Notes under the pieces: generated by a model | What the model was told of the DNA's origin: nothing | What the model saw: the letters and a program-made list of their open reading frames with translations, nothing else | Databases searched by the model: none | Position numbers and translations under genes: made by a program | Source of the DNA: a virus | Strand: one strand, 5' to 3' | Virus record (IMG/VR): IMGVR_UViG_3300009506_000015 | Coordinates: 11,429 to 75,428 of that record | Length of the DNA stretch: 64,000 nt | In this document: piece by piece, positions 63,401 through 64,000 of the stretch | How the letters are laid out: each line of letters begins with the position of its first letter | Position numbering within the stretch: the stretch's first letter is position 1

Positions 63401-64000
63401 CGCGCCGGATCAGGCTTTTCTGTGCCTACAGACGAGTTCTTAGATTGGGTACAAGCCTTTGTAGATAAGCTGGAAGCCGAGCCTATCGGTCGAGGCTTCG
63501 GGTCCGCGGCACGTGCTAGAGGGGCGGATAGCTTCGGGCAATTCCGTTCGGCTGCGCAGGCCGCAGCGGATGATATCAGGTCTGCTGGCCAGTCGCTAAA
63601 GGACAGCGTTGAGGAAGCTGGCGAGGACTGGAAACTGAACATCCTAGCTACGATGCTCAAAGGTGGCTGGACGCCTCCTAGTAGCATCGTAGACCTGACA
63701 GGGCCGAAAGAACACCCGTACACGATGACGCAGGTGAACGAGGCTATAGCCCAAAGCAGGGCTGAGACGCAGCGGATGATAGAGTCTTACAGGTCATTCC
63801 TACAGACGTCTGGGCTTGGCGGCGGCGCGATAGAAGAGGCCATGAAGAACTTCACCGACAAGCTGATGCTCCAACTACAGTTCTTCAGGCTGCCGGGTGG
63901 GGAGATACGCCTCATGGAAGGGCGTGACCTGCTGTTCTACCTATCCAAGATAGAGGAGAACACAAGGCCGCTGGAAGGTATCTGGAACGTACCTGAAGGT
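60401..64000 (+). CDS. tape measure protein (runs off the right edge)
   Basis: GTG 60401 MSEQFESLYTVGVNT..., in frame with TRPLEGIWNVPEG at the window end; absent from the ORF track, consistent with no stop; Ala/Glu/Gln-rich helical sequence. Confidence 0.9.
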   Translation, partial: MSEQFESLYTVGVNTEPAENSLERLIELATRGTVALGTMVAQIEKMGKTMASLGDIAETGFDNVVDAVNTWGDSINTAVGGLGKELPKVTKKLTEITGLLKTMSESTSAAVGEQASNEVAAYTRKLDEATMKLQELQLTLKQLGGKAVMPGFSDETMRELFPDIETFEKSRREWEEILRNPYTERRIPVEVTNKAGATFMSTRLEQTPNYPEIDIARAHAASKFESFPELVKYINALREVEEAEQRVALLSEQTAEVRKRAGMEAAEEAEREIELARRKAEAAAQAQIQAAESTQKLTEYFTKEQQSPWSEQYGFGKITQFQESMLKVLAAFDQISSAGKDTNVTFESLVESLTYIQGMRFQRTSTSLMAIRERLRESHSVALELIMALEKIYSFSGQMPQLMPNQAIPQAAEVMPTEQNPASYWAMQAGGAPDVSETIHQMAVDSAREFEQIAPAAKTVFDRIIEAALELKRRMVDQSIIPDMVRDINAWLAQIRFPQNVADELQAAADAATAGVALSTKTTQPGPVAGYGRNVTTEFWKGGELEKTVVNYAKAFTTVDDITGKVGQSIQQVQKEYNALGDTLGGSSTTVTKFADGMVRVKREVDGSGKAFGDATLMASRFLRHITWILQGIVVWGAIRRIQEMGRQYVETFSEIEQQAVRTAFVIQTTTEQIQLAQSRQAVSVAQYGIDPTSSASASTIMAQYGVADEQTRINAARLAMTAQMDMADATRALLSVQRQWNMSGAEGAQVLDTLATMYANAPGEMKDFLDLMQEGPALAEQMGQSFEENMLLISRAMSYLPGRTPGNISSLMGRTLSRVYSPDTAETLARRYNIRVFDPDTLQRESGLDVLDQIAQKFQEVRTESEKAALAELVAGTRQGTAWRDAYVLLQNWTGGIRDANTELRSFDDLASGVEETWKNTTDELTASWKIFLQELGKTGGILHGIQDAMEEMSEGFQKSTRWEALDAALSKYGMGLHGLNADRMLQMYEESGGGRGFERAGSGFSVPTDEFLDWVQAFVDKLEAEPIGRGFGSAARARGADSFGQFRSAAQAAADDIRSAGQSLKDSVEEAGEDWKLNILATMLKGGWTPPSSIVDLTGPKEHPYTMTQVNEAIAQSRAETQRMIESYRSFLQTSGLGGGAIEEAMKNFTDKLMLQLQFFRLPGGEIRLMEGRDLLFYLSKIEENTRPLEGIWNVPEG

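Noticed and set aside
1-64000. CRISPR array, DGR/retron, integrase or transposase
   Set aside because: No regularly spaced direct repeats, and no reverse transcriptase, recombinase or transposase motifs seen.
1-64000. Stop-codon reassignment
   Set aside because: Genes are full length in code 11, all three stops are used, and no suppressor anticodon was found.

Overview
A 64-kb segment of a tailed dsDNA bacteriophage, most likely a long-tailed siphovirus (tail tube without sheath, frameshifted tail chaperone, tape measure gene over 3.6 kb). No host housekeeping genes and no integrase are visible. The left arm (1-29.7 kb) is read on the minus strand. It holds early and replication genes: DnaB-like helicase N-terminus, sigma-70-family factor, SSB, metallophosphoesterase, SNF2 helicase, nucleoside-deoxyribosyltransferase-like protein, AAA+ ATPase and many small hypotheticals. 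It also carries three tRNAs, two tRNA-like RNAs and an unusually dense set of structured non-coding elements. The right arm (29.7-64 kb) is read on the plus strand: VRR-NUC, terminase, portal-MuF fusion, a ~10-kb glycosylation island, carbohydrate-binding virion proteins, a lysis cassette, and head and tail genes. Four things stand out. (1) A complete phage-encoded ubiquitin-like conjugation operon (Ubl with an acidic tail, E2, JAB, E1) that shares a distinctive promoter motif with a AAA+ ATPase. (2) A probable virion-glycosylation locus with its own VioA/FabG/VioB-like amino-sugar pathway and a sulfotransferase, inserted between portal and capsid. (3) An RNA-level toolkit: a ~400-nt pseudoknotted RNA behind two tRNA mimics, a leader/sRNA carrying a copy of the 16S rRNA 3' end, and long G-U-containing stems that each enclose a whole ORF. 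(4) A clan GH-A-like hydrolase in the endolysin slot. A Chloroflexota-like host is a tentative inference. All calls come from reading motifs by eye; no searches or folding programs were run.
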